From Thermoprotei archaeon (lineage in GTDB: Archaea; Thermoproteota; Thermoprotei; Thermoproteales; B15-G16): a stretch of DNA of 64,000 nucleotides. The DNA is taken from assembly GCA_003649205.1 (NCBI GenBank), contig QMRC01000003.1, forward strand, positions 64,001 to 128,000, written 5' to 3'. This document shows, piece by piece, positions 10,345 to 19,224 of the stretch (positions within the stretch are counted from its first letter, which is position 1; each line of letters begins with the position of its first letter). The translations under genes were made by a program, and so were the position numbers. The notes under the pieces are model-generated. The model searched no databases, was not told the origin of the DNA, and worked only from the letters and a program-made list of their open reading frames with translations.

Positions 10345-11595
10345 TTAGCCTTTCGCATACTTCGCTATTACCTCAAGTACATTAGCTACGTACTCTCTAA
10401 CAGGGGATGGTATCTTATCGAGACCTACCTCGAGGAATCCTCTAACAAGCATTGATGTAGCTTCCTCCTCAGTGAATCCCTTAGACATCAAGTACTCTAA
10501 CTCATCTCTAGAGATTCTACCGAGAGCAGCCTCATGAGTAAGCTCAGCAAGCTCAGTACAGGTCCTCAACATAGGTATTGCCTCACCTCTAGCCCTTGTA
10601 GACAGTATGAGACCCTTACAGTCAAGATGACCCTTACACCTCCTCTCACCAACAAGCTCACCTCTCATGACTACATACGCCTCATCCCTAATAACGGACC
10701 TAGAAACCACCTCACCTCTCGTATCATCACCACTAAACACAATACAACCACCAACATCCAATTGCGAAGTCCTACCAGCTAGGAGTATAGTTGTGAGGTA
10801 TGCCTGAGCATCCCTACCAACTAAGTAAACGGTTGGGTACATCTGAAGAGATTTGACAGGAGCCATAGTCACATAGTAGCTAACGAAGAAACCACCATCC
10901 TCAACAATAGCTGCTTCCCTAGGCCTAACATGAGTTTCATGACCCCAGAAGTGAACCATAGTAAATGTCAACTTAGCATTCTTCCTCACGTAGAACTCAG
11001 AGACACCTATGTGAAGCGCCTTTGTAGGTAAAGACGCACATGCTGTCACGAGATTCAGCTCAGCACCTTCATCAACGATAATTACGTTATGCACCAACTG
11101 AGCAACAGACTCCCTATGAATGAAGAGACAAGCCTGAATAGGCTCCTTAACCTTAACACCAGGTGGTACATAGATGAAGTAACCATGCTTACCATATAGC
11201 TCAGTAGCAGCAGTGTACTTATCGAGATCAACAGGTACAGCACGCCAATAGTAATCACGAACCCAATCAAACTTCTTCAAAGCATCCTCAATACTCGTAA
11301 CGACAACACCATACCTCCTCAACTTCTCAACAACATAAGTCCTCACAACGCTGTAATCAAGCTGAAAGTACGTACCACCAACCCTCTCCTCACTAACATC
11401 AACACCCAACTCCCTAGCCCTCTCAACAACACCACTAGGAAGCTCCTCAATCCTCCTCTCCTCAACAGTAGCAGGAACAGAAGTAATGAACTCACTAAAA
11501 TCAACATCAACACCATAGGGAGGTACCTTACTCAACGCATTCTCAGCTCTCCTTCTCAACTCAACCCTCCAACCAGACATACAGAGACACCACAC
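10345..11595 (-). CDS. sufB: SufB/SufD-family Fe-S cluster assembly protein (true start probably ATG at 11580)
   Basis: Beta-helix repeats, QLVHNVII, GHLDCKGL, LTHEAALGRI...ELEYLMSKGF.EEEA. Confidence 0.88.
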   Translation of the reverse strand: MWCLCMSGWRVELRRRAENALSKVPPYGVDVDFSEFITSVPATVEERRIEELPSGVVERARELGVDVSEERVGGTYFQLDYSVVRTYVVEKLRRYGVVVTSIEDALKKFDWVRDYYWRAVPVDLDKYTAATELYGKHGYFIYVPPGVKVKEPIQACLFIHRESVAQLVHNVIIVDEGAELNLVTACASLPTKALHIGVSEFYVRKNAKLTFTMVHFWGHETHVRPREAAIVEDGGFFVSYYVTMAPVKSLQMYPTVYLVGRDAQAYLTTILLAGRTSQLDVGGCIVFSGDDTRGEVVSRSVIRDEAYVVMRGELVGERRCKGHLDCKGLILSTRARGEAIPMLRTCTELAELTHEAALGRISRDELEYLMSKGFTEEEATSMLVRGFLEVGLDKIPSPVREYVANVLEVIAKYAKG

Positions 11596-11669
11596 AGCAA
11601 CTCGACAAGAGAAGACAATGAAGAAAGAGAAATACCTTACTCAAGAAAATTAGAGAGCGGTGAACAGAC

Positions 11670-11999
11670 ATGAGTCTAGAAGCACTCATGGTGATAGCAG
11701 ATCTAATAGCAATGGTATCGAGAACCTACGGAGTAGAACCAGATACACCAAACTACCTAAACTACCTCCTCTACAGATTTAACCAAGTATATGCACCAGC
11801 AGGAGGACTAAACTGTAGAGAACTCGAACAAAGACTAAGAGAAGACCGTGAGAGGAGGAGAGACGTACTAATCAAGTTACTACATGAATTCACGAGAGAG
11901 TACGTAGAGGAAGTACGTAGGAGGAGAGAGAATACGTACCTCACAAATAGGTACTACCTACGTGAATCAATGTACCTACCATGGAGAAGCAACTGGTAG
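11670..11999 (+). CDS. Hypothetical protein
   Basis: 109-aa ORF with GGTGA SD upstream; no family recognised. Confidence 0.6.
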   Translation: MSLEALMVIADLIAMVSRTYGVEPDTPNYLNYLLYRFNQVYAPAGGLNCRELEQRLREDRERRRDVLIKLLHEFTREYVEEVRRRRENTYLTNRYYLRESMYLPWRSNW

Positions 12000-12048
12000 A
12001 TAGGAAGCGGCTAAGACTAAAATAACGAGTAACTGAGAAATAGCGTAG

Positions 12049-12098
12049 GTGATGAGCACCTGAGCAGCAGAGAGATGAAGAAGCACTTGCCCAACTGA
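12049..12098 (+). ncRNA. C/D-box sRNA
   Basis: GTGATGA-12nt-CAGA-gag-ATGAAGA-13nt-CTGA. Confidence 0.75.
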
Positions 12099-12146
12099 CA
12101 ACACAAAGCAACCTTTAAAACCCAATTAAAGACAACACAACTAGAT

Positions 12147-12224
12147 GCCCCGGTCGTATAGCCCGGTCAAGTATGCGGGCCTTTCAAGCCCGTGACCCGG
12201 GTTCAAATCCCGGCCGGGGCACCA
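12147..12224 (+). tRNA. tRNA-Glu (anticodon UUC), intron-less, CCA encoded
   Basis: Acceptor GCCCCGG/CCGGGGC+ACCA; anticodon arm CGGGC-CTTTCAA-GCCCG; T arm GGTTCAAATCC; TTTAAAA TATA at 12114-12120. Confidence 0.97.
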
Positions 12225-12930
12225 AAACCTCATCCCCACTACCCACTACATACCTATTTAGTTCCTCTCGAGTTTAGGTCCTAATTAGTTTCAGGGCTGA
12301 AGGTGGGAGCTATAGTTAGGAGGACTAAGTCATTTCTGATCGAGATCTCTATGGCGCTTCGGCATGGGCTGGAATGGGTTTGTGATAGTAATTCCTATAG
12401 CGGTTGAGTAAGTTGTTGGGTTTGAGTTCATGAGATTACACGAGGTGGATGTTGGAGGATTTTCGAGGTTATTGGAGTTGGGAGGTAGAGTATTTCTCAC
12501 ATTCACTAATAGTGTGTAAACTCCGGAAATACGTAAGGTGGGGTTTCTCTAGAGATAGGTGTAATTGTGGTAGCTATAGTCGTAACTTACCTCTCAACGT
12601 TTTCTCTGTTATCTCCATTGTTGGTTTTTGCTCTAGCCGTAGTCATGGACAGGTTAGTAACACTCTTCTTGAGTGTGTGGATAGGTGTATTGATGGTTAT
12701 ACAGTACGACGTCCTTGGAGCGACTGTTAAGACTTGAGAGTAAATAGTTAACTGGTGCTTTTGTAGGTGCGCTCTATGCTTTAGATACTATAACCATACG
12801 TACATTAGCGAGTGTGGCTGTACAGGGGGGTCGTAAGTGCGTGTGGAGCAAGTTTCATAGGTTGAAGTCTGGGTTCTTCCTCAACAATACCAATGATGGT
12901 ATACCTGTACTGGGATAAGCGCTATACTCG

Positions 12931-12952
12931 AAATTCAAATAAAATTCAAATA
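12931..12952. repeat. Perfect 11-bp tandem direct repeat (AAATTCAAATA x2) upstream of MATE gene
   Basis: Seen directly in the sequence; function unknown. Confidence 0.55.
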
Positions 12953-13001
12953 ACTGTTTTCAACTTCCAATGTTTACTCGCGCTGAGGTTTTTGTACTCA
13001 G

Positions 13002-14441
13002 TTGGTTCTTCTAGAGAGCGTTCAGGTGAAGAGGATGGCTAGTAGTACCATCATCACGTATAGAGAGAGGATACTGAATGGGTCGATAGTTCGGACGCTC
13101 TTATGGTTGTCGTGGCCAGTTATTGTAGGTACTTTCGCTATGATGACTTACAACCTCGTTGATGCGTTGTGGCTTGGTAGGTTGGGTAGGGATGCTTTCG
13201 GAGCACCCACAGTTAGCTGGCCTTTGATAATGTTGTTCAATGCTATAGGTATGAGTATTGCTCAGGCGGGTACAGCATTGATATCTCAGTACTTTGGTGC
13301 TGGAGATTATGAGATGAGTAGTAGGTGTTCTGGTCAGTTGGTAGCTCTGCTCGCGGTACTAGCTCTATCCATTAGCATGCTAGGTGTCTCTACTGTTCAC
13401 ATTCTTCTAAAGTTAATGGGTGTTCCTAAGGACATCTATCCGTTGGCTGTTGCGTACTCTAGGGTTATCTTTGCGGGTATCCCTCTAGCATTTCTAGGAT
13501 TTGCGTTTTCAGCGATTTTGAACTCCTTAGGGGATACTAGAACTCCTATGAAGTTAGTTCTGATCTCGGCTTTGATAAATATCGTATTGGACCCAATACT
13601 CATCTTTGGACTCTTTGGGTTACCGGCATTGGGTGTTGTAGGGGCTGCGCTAGCAACACTGTTGGCGAGGGGGATTGTTTCGTTTGTAGGTCTCTACATG
13701 CTTGTAAGGGGAGTTCATGGGATTAAGTTGCGTCTCAGGTGTATGAGGATTGAGAGGTGGTGGCTCAGGAAGGTGGTTTCCATAGCTGTACCCATATACA
13801 TCCAGTCATCTTCGAACGCGCTGGGTTTCACTGTCATGATGAGTATAGTGTCTCGATTTGGCTCCGTAGCAGTTGCTGCGTATGGGATAGGTATCAGGAT
13901 TGTAGATATCGTACAGGCGTTTACGATGGGTATTCAGAGAGCTACCTCGATTATGGTGGGTCAGTGTGTTGGTGCTGAACTCTATGATCGAGCGAAGAGG
14001 ATCTCAAGAACGTCAATAACTCTCGTAACCTCAATCCTGGGGGTGGGAGCTATCGCCATATATGTGTTTAGGGATGCTGTAATATCATTCTTTGTACCTG
14101 ATCCCCTTGTCATTGAGGAGGGGGACGTATTCTTGAGTTACTTCGTCTGGAGTATTCCGTTCTTTGGTATCTTCTTCGTGTGTAATGGTGTTGCCCAGGG
14201 TTCTGGCCACCCTGAGGCTATGACTGTGATATCTGTAGTGAGGCTGTGGCTATTTAGGATAGGTTTATCGGTACTGCTTGCACTGTACCTAGGTATGGGG
14301 TCGACAGGTATTTGGGTGGCGATGTCGGTGAGTAACGTAGCTGCTGGCTTACTATCTCTAGCGTGGATATCGAGGGGGACGTGGCTTAGGAGAGTTATAG
14401 AACCGAGAGAATTATCGATAAAAACACCGTTTCAAACTTAG
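13002..14441 (+). CDS. MATE family efflux transporter (start may be ATG 13035)
   Basis: YNLVDALWLGRLG, GDTRTPM, NIVLDPILIFG...GVVGAALAT; about 12 TM segments. Confidence 0.94.
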   Translation: MVLLESVQVKRMASSTIITYRERILNGSIVRTLLWLSWPVIVGTFAMMTYNLVDALWLGRLGRDAFGAPTVSWPLIMLFNAIGMSIAQAGTALISQYFGAGDYEMSSRCSGQLVALLAVLALSISMLGVSTVHILLKLMGVPKDIYPLAVAYSRVIFAGIPLAFLGFAFSAILNSLGDTRTPMKLVLISALINIVLDPILIFGLFGLPALGVVGAALATLLARGIVSFVGLYMLVRGVHGIKLRLRCMRIERWWLRKVVSIAVPIYIQSSSNALGFTVMMSIVSRFGSVAVAAYGIGIRIVDIVQAFTMGIQRATSIMVGQCVGAELYDRAKRISRTSITLVTSILGVGAIAIYVFRDAVISFFVPDPLVIEEGDVFLSYFVWSIPFFGIFFVCNGVAQGSGHPEAMTVISVVRLWLFRIGLSVLLALYLGMGSTGIWVAMSVSNVAAGLLSLAWISRGTWLRRVIEPRELSIKTPFQT

Positions 14442-14475
14442 GAAATCTCCGAAGCTCAAAGCCTCCTAATCCCCT

Positions 14476-15831
14476 TCACCATCTTCCAGGCTCTCTATCA
14501 GACCATGTAACTAGATAGTAACTGTCGCTCGTGCTCGCTGTAATCGTGAACATTGGTAGTTCTAGGACCACTGTCGCTACTTTCTTCACTGACCAGATAT
14601 ATGGTTCACTACCTCGTGAGATGTCTAGAAAACCCTCAATAGCGAAATCAGTTTCTTTCTCTGCATTTGGTGCATTAGTTAATAGCTGATACGTGATTTC
14701 ACACCAACGTGGTATATCAGAATCGGCGGAGTACCATAGATAGTCAGGAGCTACACTAAACGATACAGCTACGTATGGTGGGCCGAAGCCTATTGTGAAT
14801 GTAATGGATTGAATCCAAGATTTTGTTCCCTGTGGTCTGTAAGTTACTATCAACTGCTCATCATACATATCGTATAGTGAATTATAATATGTGTACCATT
14901 CGTAAGGGGACCAACCGCTCTCGCCTTCAAGCCATTGGACAGAAACAATTACGAAATCTGGTCCGCTATACGTCACATAGCAGTAAACTTTATCGTAATG
15001 AGTATATTCGCCAACTACTTGCTCTTCATACGTTATCCCTAGGACGTTGTAGACGTAGCCCATGAATTCATATCCAACAATCTCAACGACATCCTGAGGA
15101 ATGTAGCATGTTGCTGGATTGAATCTAGATGCATGGGTGTGTACCCTAAGTGCATTGGACTTCCTAGTCTTCAATACCTCAATAATGTACTTCACTAACT
15201 TCACTGCAACACTCTTAAGGGTATCCTCCCTATATGCCCAATCACCCTTCGCGATATATCTGAAGTACCCTGGTATAGCTCTTAGCTCACCAATCCTCAG
15301 TATAGCTAGTCCAAGAGCTATGGTATTATTCCCAAGACTAAAGCTAGGTACTTTAACACCTTTCCTCAATTCAACGTCCTCGGTTATGGCTATTGTTAAG
15401 TTGTTGAGAACAAAATTACTCAGTAGCTTCGATGCTACAATGTGCGTGGTATTACCGTAGATTACAAGTACTCCATAGTTCATGAGGTAGCTAGCAGTTA
15501 CCTTGCTCAGATCCGTGATTGTGTAGTTATCTTGCCTTAACAACCAATTAGAGTCAATGAGCGTCAGATTTGCCCACTGTAGATACCTGTGATCTAGGTA
15601 GTAGAGTACACACACCTTAACAGTAGGTACTAACTTCTTGACTTGATTAAGTAGTGACATGTAGTAGGGCACCAAGTCTTTACAGCTTAGAACATATACC
15701 TTAAGGTACTTGACCTGTTCTGCACTAGCACATTGTCCTTCACTGGAAGATAAGGTAGCTAAGCGTAGATGTAAGACACTCATTATTGGTAGTAGCGTGA
15801 TGAGTACAAGCACAAACACGTAGTATCTCAT
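14476..15831 (-). CDS. Hypothetical secreted/surface protein
   Basis: N-terminal hydrophobic signal; Tyr/Ser/Thr-rich, beta-rich C-terminal half; several NxT/S sequons. Confidence 0.6.
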   Translation of the reverse strand: MRYYVFVLVLITLLPIMSVLHLRLATLSSSEGQCASAEQVKYLKVYVLSCKDLVPYYMSLLNQVKKLVPTVKVCVLYYLDHRYLQWANLTLIDSNWLLRQDNYTITDLSKVTASYLMNYGVLVIYGNTTHIVASKLLSNFVLNNLTIAITEDVELRKGVKVPSFSLGNNTIALGLAILRIGELRAIPGYFRYIAKGDWAYREDTLKSVAVKLVKYIIEVLKTRKSNALRVHTHASRFNPATCYIPQDVVEIVGYEFMGYVYNVLGITYEEQVVGEYTHYDKVYCYVTYSGPDFVIVSVQWLEGESGWSPYEWYTYYNSLYDMYDEQLIVTYRPQGTKSWIQSITFTIGFGPPYVAVSFSVAPDYLWYSADSDIPRWCEITYQLLTNAPNAEKETDFAIEGFLDISRGSEPYIWSVKKVATVVLELPMFTITASTSDSYYLVTWSDREPGRW

Positions 15832-15877
15832 TACGTTTCACCACAGATGAACCATGCTAGCTAATTCAGAGGTGGTA

Positions 15878-16282
15878 TCACAGCGCTAGATATCCAACCC
15901 ATTTCAATCTACCTGACTTCACATCAATGGTAAATCCAACAATATCACGGAGACCAAGTATGAAAGTGTTCAGGACTTCGTAACTCTTCAGTATCTCCTT
16001 GACTTCAGTACTTAACCTAGTTAAGACCGCCACTGAAGGTCCTACAGTGATGTCCTCTATAATCAACGTATCGATTACACATAGCCTACCTTCAATCTGA
16101 CAGCAAATACCTCTCAACAATATCCTCTCTGGTCTCTCCAGTAGCTTTACACCAATTTCATTAGCTAGCTCCTCATCAATTATGCTGTATGTAGCTCCTG
16201 TATCAACTAGTACATTACCTTCAGTAACTCTTCTACTTCCTTTAATGACTACTCTAGCTTTGATGATGGGATTTACCTCCAC
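15878..16282 (-). CDS. Clan AA (retropepsin-like) aspartic protease
   Basis: LVDTGATYS and ILG motifs. Confidence 0.8.
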   Translation of the reverse strand: MEVNPIIKARVVIKGSRRVTEGNVLVDTGATYSIIDEELANEIGVKLLERPERILLRGICCQIEGRLCVIDTLIIEDITVGPSVAVLTRLSTEVKEILKSYEVLNTFILGLRDIVGFTIDVKSGRLKWVGYLAL

Positions 16283-16343
16283 TTAAATCCCCATTGATAT
16301 TGAGTATGATTTAAGCTATAAGGGGTGTTGTTTTGGTGCTTGG

Positions 16344-17399
16344 TTACTGCTTTCTTAGTTCACGTAGTGTTTTGGTGAGGTTTTCTGGTAGTATGTCTGT
16401 TATTGGTTCTTGGTGGAGTACTTCCATGAATCCTCTGTCGTTTGTGTAGTATGGTTGTAGTGGTTTTCTTGCTCCTATCCTTATGAGTAGGGGTAGGTCT
16501 GTTCCTGGTAGTGAGTACATGCTCACGTTTATGCTATCTGTCTTCACCGCTTGTCTGTAGGGGTTGAGTAGGTTCTTTATGTCTTCAGCTAGGTACCTTA
16601 CTTCGCTATCACTTAGCTCCCTTATGTCACTTACCTGAGCTGTGCCTATAATTTCGCCAGGTATCCAAGGTGCATAGGCTACGATCCAGGTCACTAATTT
16701 ACCTCTCCATAGGAATCTCTCACCTAGCTTCTCTTCAGACTCCACTAGGTCCTGAATGAGGTCTGTGCCCCACTTACTCCTATATTCCCTGTACTTCTGT
16801 AGGAGTAGTGCTGTGTAGTTTCCTAGCTTTACGTCAGCTACTAGCTGTAGGTGTGGATGTAGTATTGATGCTCCTGCTGGTGCTAGGTAGTTTAGGTTTA
16901 TGGTGAAGTACCTCACTTCTCTGTCCCTAGTAGATATCTTCCTGAAGTACTCTATAGAGAGGTGTAGTGCGTGATACCACTCCTCGGTAGTGAGTTCTTG
17001 GTATTCCTTGAAGTGTTTTGGTGTTAGTGTTACTACTGCGTGGTACTTTGCGAAGGGGTATAGGTTTGGGAATAGGTACTGTGATTTCTCGATTAACCTA
17101 CCTTCCTCCAGTATATGTGGTGGGTACTTTGGTGTTGATCTCTCTACTGTGCAGAAGGGGCATTTCTCGTCGTAGTCTTTTCTTTTCCAGCTCTCTACTT
17201 CAGGTGGTGTTAGTGGTACTTGTCTTGGTCTCATTGCACGCTCTACACTGATCCTCACCCAGAGATCTGTAAAGGGATCTTGTCTGTACTCGATAATTGA
17301 TTTCTTGATCTTGAAGTCAGGTGGTGCCTCTAGCTCTACCTCGGTGATTAACTTCTTGAATACGATACCTCTGATACCCTCTGTTATGACCTCTCTCAT
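16344..17399 (-). CDS. galT: Galactose-1-phosphate uridylyltransferase-like
   Basis: R.DP.T, RAMRP, CPFC, FPNLYP, AGASILHPHLQ (HxHxQ). Confidence 0.88.
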   Translation of the reverse strand: MREVITEGIRGIVFKKLITEVELEAPPDFKIKKSIIEYRQDPFTDLWVRISVERAMRPRQVPLTPPEVESWKRKDYDEKCPFCTVERSTPKYPPHILEEGRLIEKSQYLFPNLYPFAKYHAVVTLTPKHFKEYQELTTEEWYHALHLSIEYFRKISTRDREVRYFTINLNYLAPAGASILHPHLQLVADVKLGNYTALLLQKYREYRSKWGTDLIQDLVESEEKLGERFLWRGKLVTWIVAYAPWIPGEIIGTAQVSDIRELSDSEVRYLAEDIKNLLNPYRQAVKTDSINVSMYSLPGTDLPLLIRIGARKPLQPYYTNDRGFMEVLHQEPITDILPENLTKTLRELRKQ

Positions 17400-17447
17400 G
17401 AGTATCGCCTAGAGAGAACGAGGAGGTTAGCAGGTAAAAGCTTTGTC

Positions 17448-17942
17448 TTAGAGAGCTTGCTTAGGTGATAGCCTCTTCTTAAGGTGCTTAGCGATCTTCC
17501 TCACTGGTATGAACCTATCTGGCACCTCCTCCATGTACTTAATGTACACAGTACCGAACTTCTCGATCATTAATCTCTCTTCTCTAACTGCGAGGTAGTA
17601 GTGATGTAGTGTAAGTACGGTAGCTATTGCTAATCCGGGTACACTACCAAATGCTATGGCTAGTCCGTAGAATGCTAACGATAGACCTAGGTATCCTGGA
17701 TGTCGAATCCAGGAGTAGATTCCATGTGTAGCTACGTAGTCTATTTCCTCAATACCTCTATGTGCTCTTGGGTGTGCTCTATGACTTAGGTAGTGGATGT
17801 ACATACCTAATCCAAAGATGATATAACCTACGAGTAGTAGTACGTAACTGCTGTAGTTGAGATCTAGTACGTATCCAGTAGCAATGCCTAGGATTAGTGC
17901 AAGCCACACGCAGATGTACTTCAGTGCTTGAGGGGGCTTCAT
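17448..17942 (-). CDS. ICMT/PEMT-family membrane methyltransferase
   Basis: GIYSWIRHPGY, EERLM..FG..Y..Y...VP.RFIP. Confidence 0.88.
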   Translation of the reverse strand: MKPPQALKYICVWLALILGIATGYVLDLNYSSYVLLLVGYIIFGLGMYIHYLSHRAHPRAHRGIEEIDYVATHGIYSWIRHPGYLGLSLAFYGLAIAFGSVPGLAIATVLTLHHYYLAVREERLMIEKFGTVYIKYMEEVPDRFIPVRKIAKHLKKRLSPKQAL

Positions 17943-18064
17943 GGTGATTCCCTAGTAGGAAAGTAGTCAGATTTAGATAAAGCTTTGTGTACTACGTTAT
18001 GTGGTAATTCATCTGTTATGAGTTGATTGGGTGATTTACTCCCAATAATGGGGGTAGATGTGTT

Positions 18065-18571
18065 TTGAGGAATTTGGCGCAGGTACCTGAGCCGTATCGG
18101 AGTATACTCTTGAAGTTGGTTGAGGTTCTTGAGAGGAGGTTTGGTGATGACTTGGTATCTGTTGTGCTTTTTGGTTCTGTAGCTAGGGGTGAGGCAAGAC
18201 CTGATAGTGATGTAGATTTGATTATTGTGGTTAGGAATCTCCCTAGGGGTAGGTTTAGGAGACAGGACTTGTTCATGGAAGTTGAGAAGGAGTTAGAGCC
18301 TTTGCTTGAGGAGTTGGAGAGGCGAGGTTACTACATTGAGTTCTCTCCAATACTGAAGACACCGGAGGAAGCGAGTAGGGTTGTACCTCTGTACCTAGAT
18401 CTTGTTGAGGATGCTGTGTTGCTGTATGATAGGGATGACTTCTTCAGGAATATCCTCGAGAATTTGAGGAGGAGATTGGAGGAGCTCGGTGCTGAGAGAG
18501 TGAGATTTGGTAAGTTATGGTACTGGAGGTTGAAGCGTGATTATAGGTTTGGTGAGGTGATTGAGATCTGA
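18065..18571 (+). CDS. Minimal nucleotidyltransferase (MNT) antitoxin
   Basis: LFGSVARGEARPDSDVD (GS-x10-DxD). Confidence 0.9.
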   Translation: MRNLAQVPEPYRSILLKLVEVLERRFGDDLVSVVLFGSVARGEARPDSDVDLIIVVRNLPRGRFRRQDLFMEVEKELEPLLEELERRGYYIEFSPILKTPEEASRVVPLYLDLVEDAVLLYDRDDFFRNILENLRRRLEELGAERVRFGKLWYWRLKRDYRFGEVIEI

Positions 18572-18582
18572 GGAATACAGAG

Positions 18583-19002
18583 ATGGCACTATCCTACGTG
18601 AGACAAGCTGAGGAGAGGATTCACCATGCTAGAGAAGCTCTTGAAAGAGGGAACTACCCCTATGTAGTGAGGCAATGTCAAGAGGCTGTCGAGCTGTTGC
18701 TCAAAGCAGCACTAAGATTAGTTGGTGTAGAGCCTCCTCGTTGGCACGATGTTGGACCAATACTGAGGAGAGAAGCCGATAGATTCCCTGAATGGTTTCG
18801 TCGTGATATACCAACTATGGCCAGATACTCAAGGAGATTACGTAGAGAGAAGGAACCAAGTATGTACGGTGATGAAGAGTCCGGACTTCCACCAGAAGCT
18901 CTGTATGATCGTGAGGACGCAGAAGAGGCATTGTACATGGCTCACTACGTCTATGAGAGGGTTAAGAAGCTAGTGGACCTATACCCGCAGGTCAAGCCAT
19001 GA
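18583..19002 (+). CDS. HEPN-domain protein (partner of MNT; possible CTG start at 18568)
   Basis: CQEAVELLLKAAL, PRWHDV, EPSMYG, EDAEEA. Confidence 0.9.
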   Translation: MALSYVRQAEERIHHAREALERGNYPYVVRQCQEAVELLLKAALRLVGVEPPRWHDVGPILRREADRFPEWFRRDIPTMARYSRRLRREKEPSMYGDEESGLPPEALYDREDAEEALYMAHYVYERVKKLVDLYPQVKP

Positions 19003-19224
19003 CACATGAGTACTCAGTAGTGATTTAGTGTCTTTCTCAGATGAAGAAGTAACTCATTCACTATATGTGACTTAAGCAAGGACGCACAGTACCAAGCTCA
19101 AGTAAGGTACTTAATAGTGCCTCTGGAACCATGTCCCCAGCTATGGTACTACCATTACCGTAGTGCACTCATACTGAAAGTATTAAAAAATATTGAAGTT
19201 AGTATTAACACAGCTTGAATTTGG

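Noticed and set aside
12449-12730. 93-aa ORF downstream of the tRNA
   Set aside because: TTG start, no recognisable motif, implausible composition.
19018-19066. C/D-like motifs after the HEPN gene
   Set aside because: No terminal D box and a weak C box.
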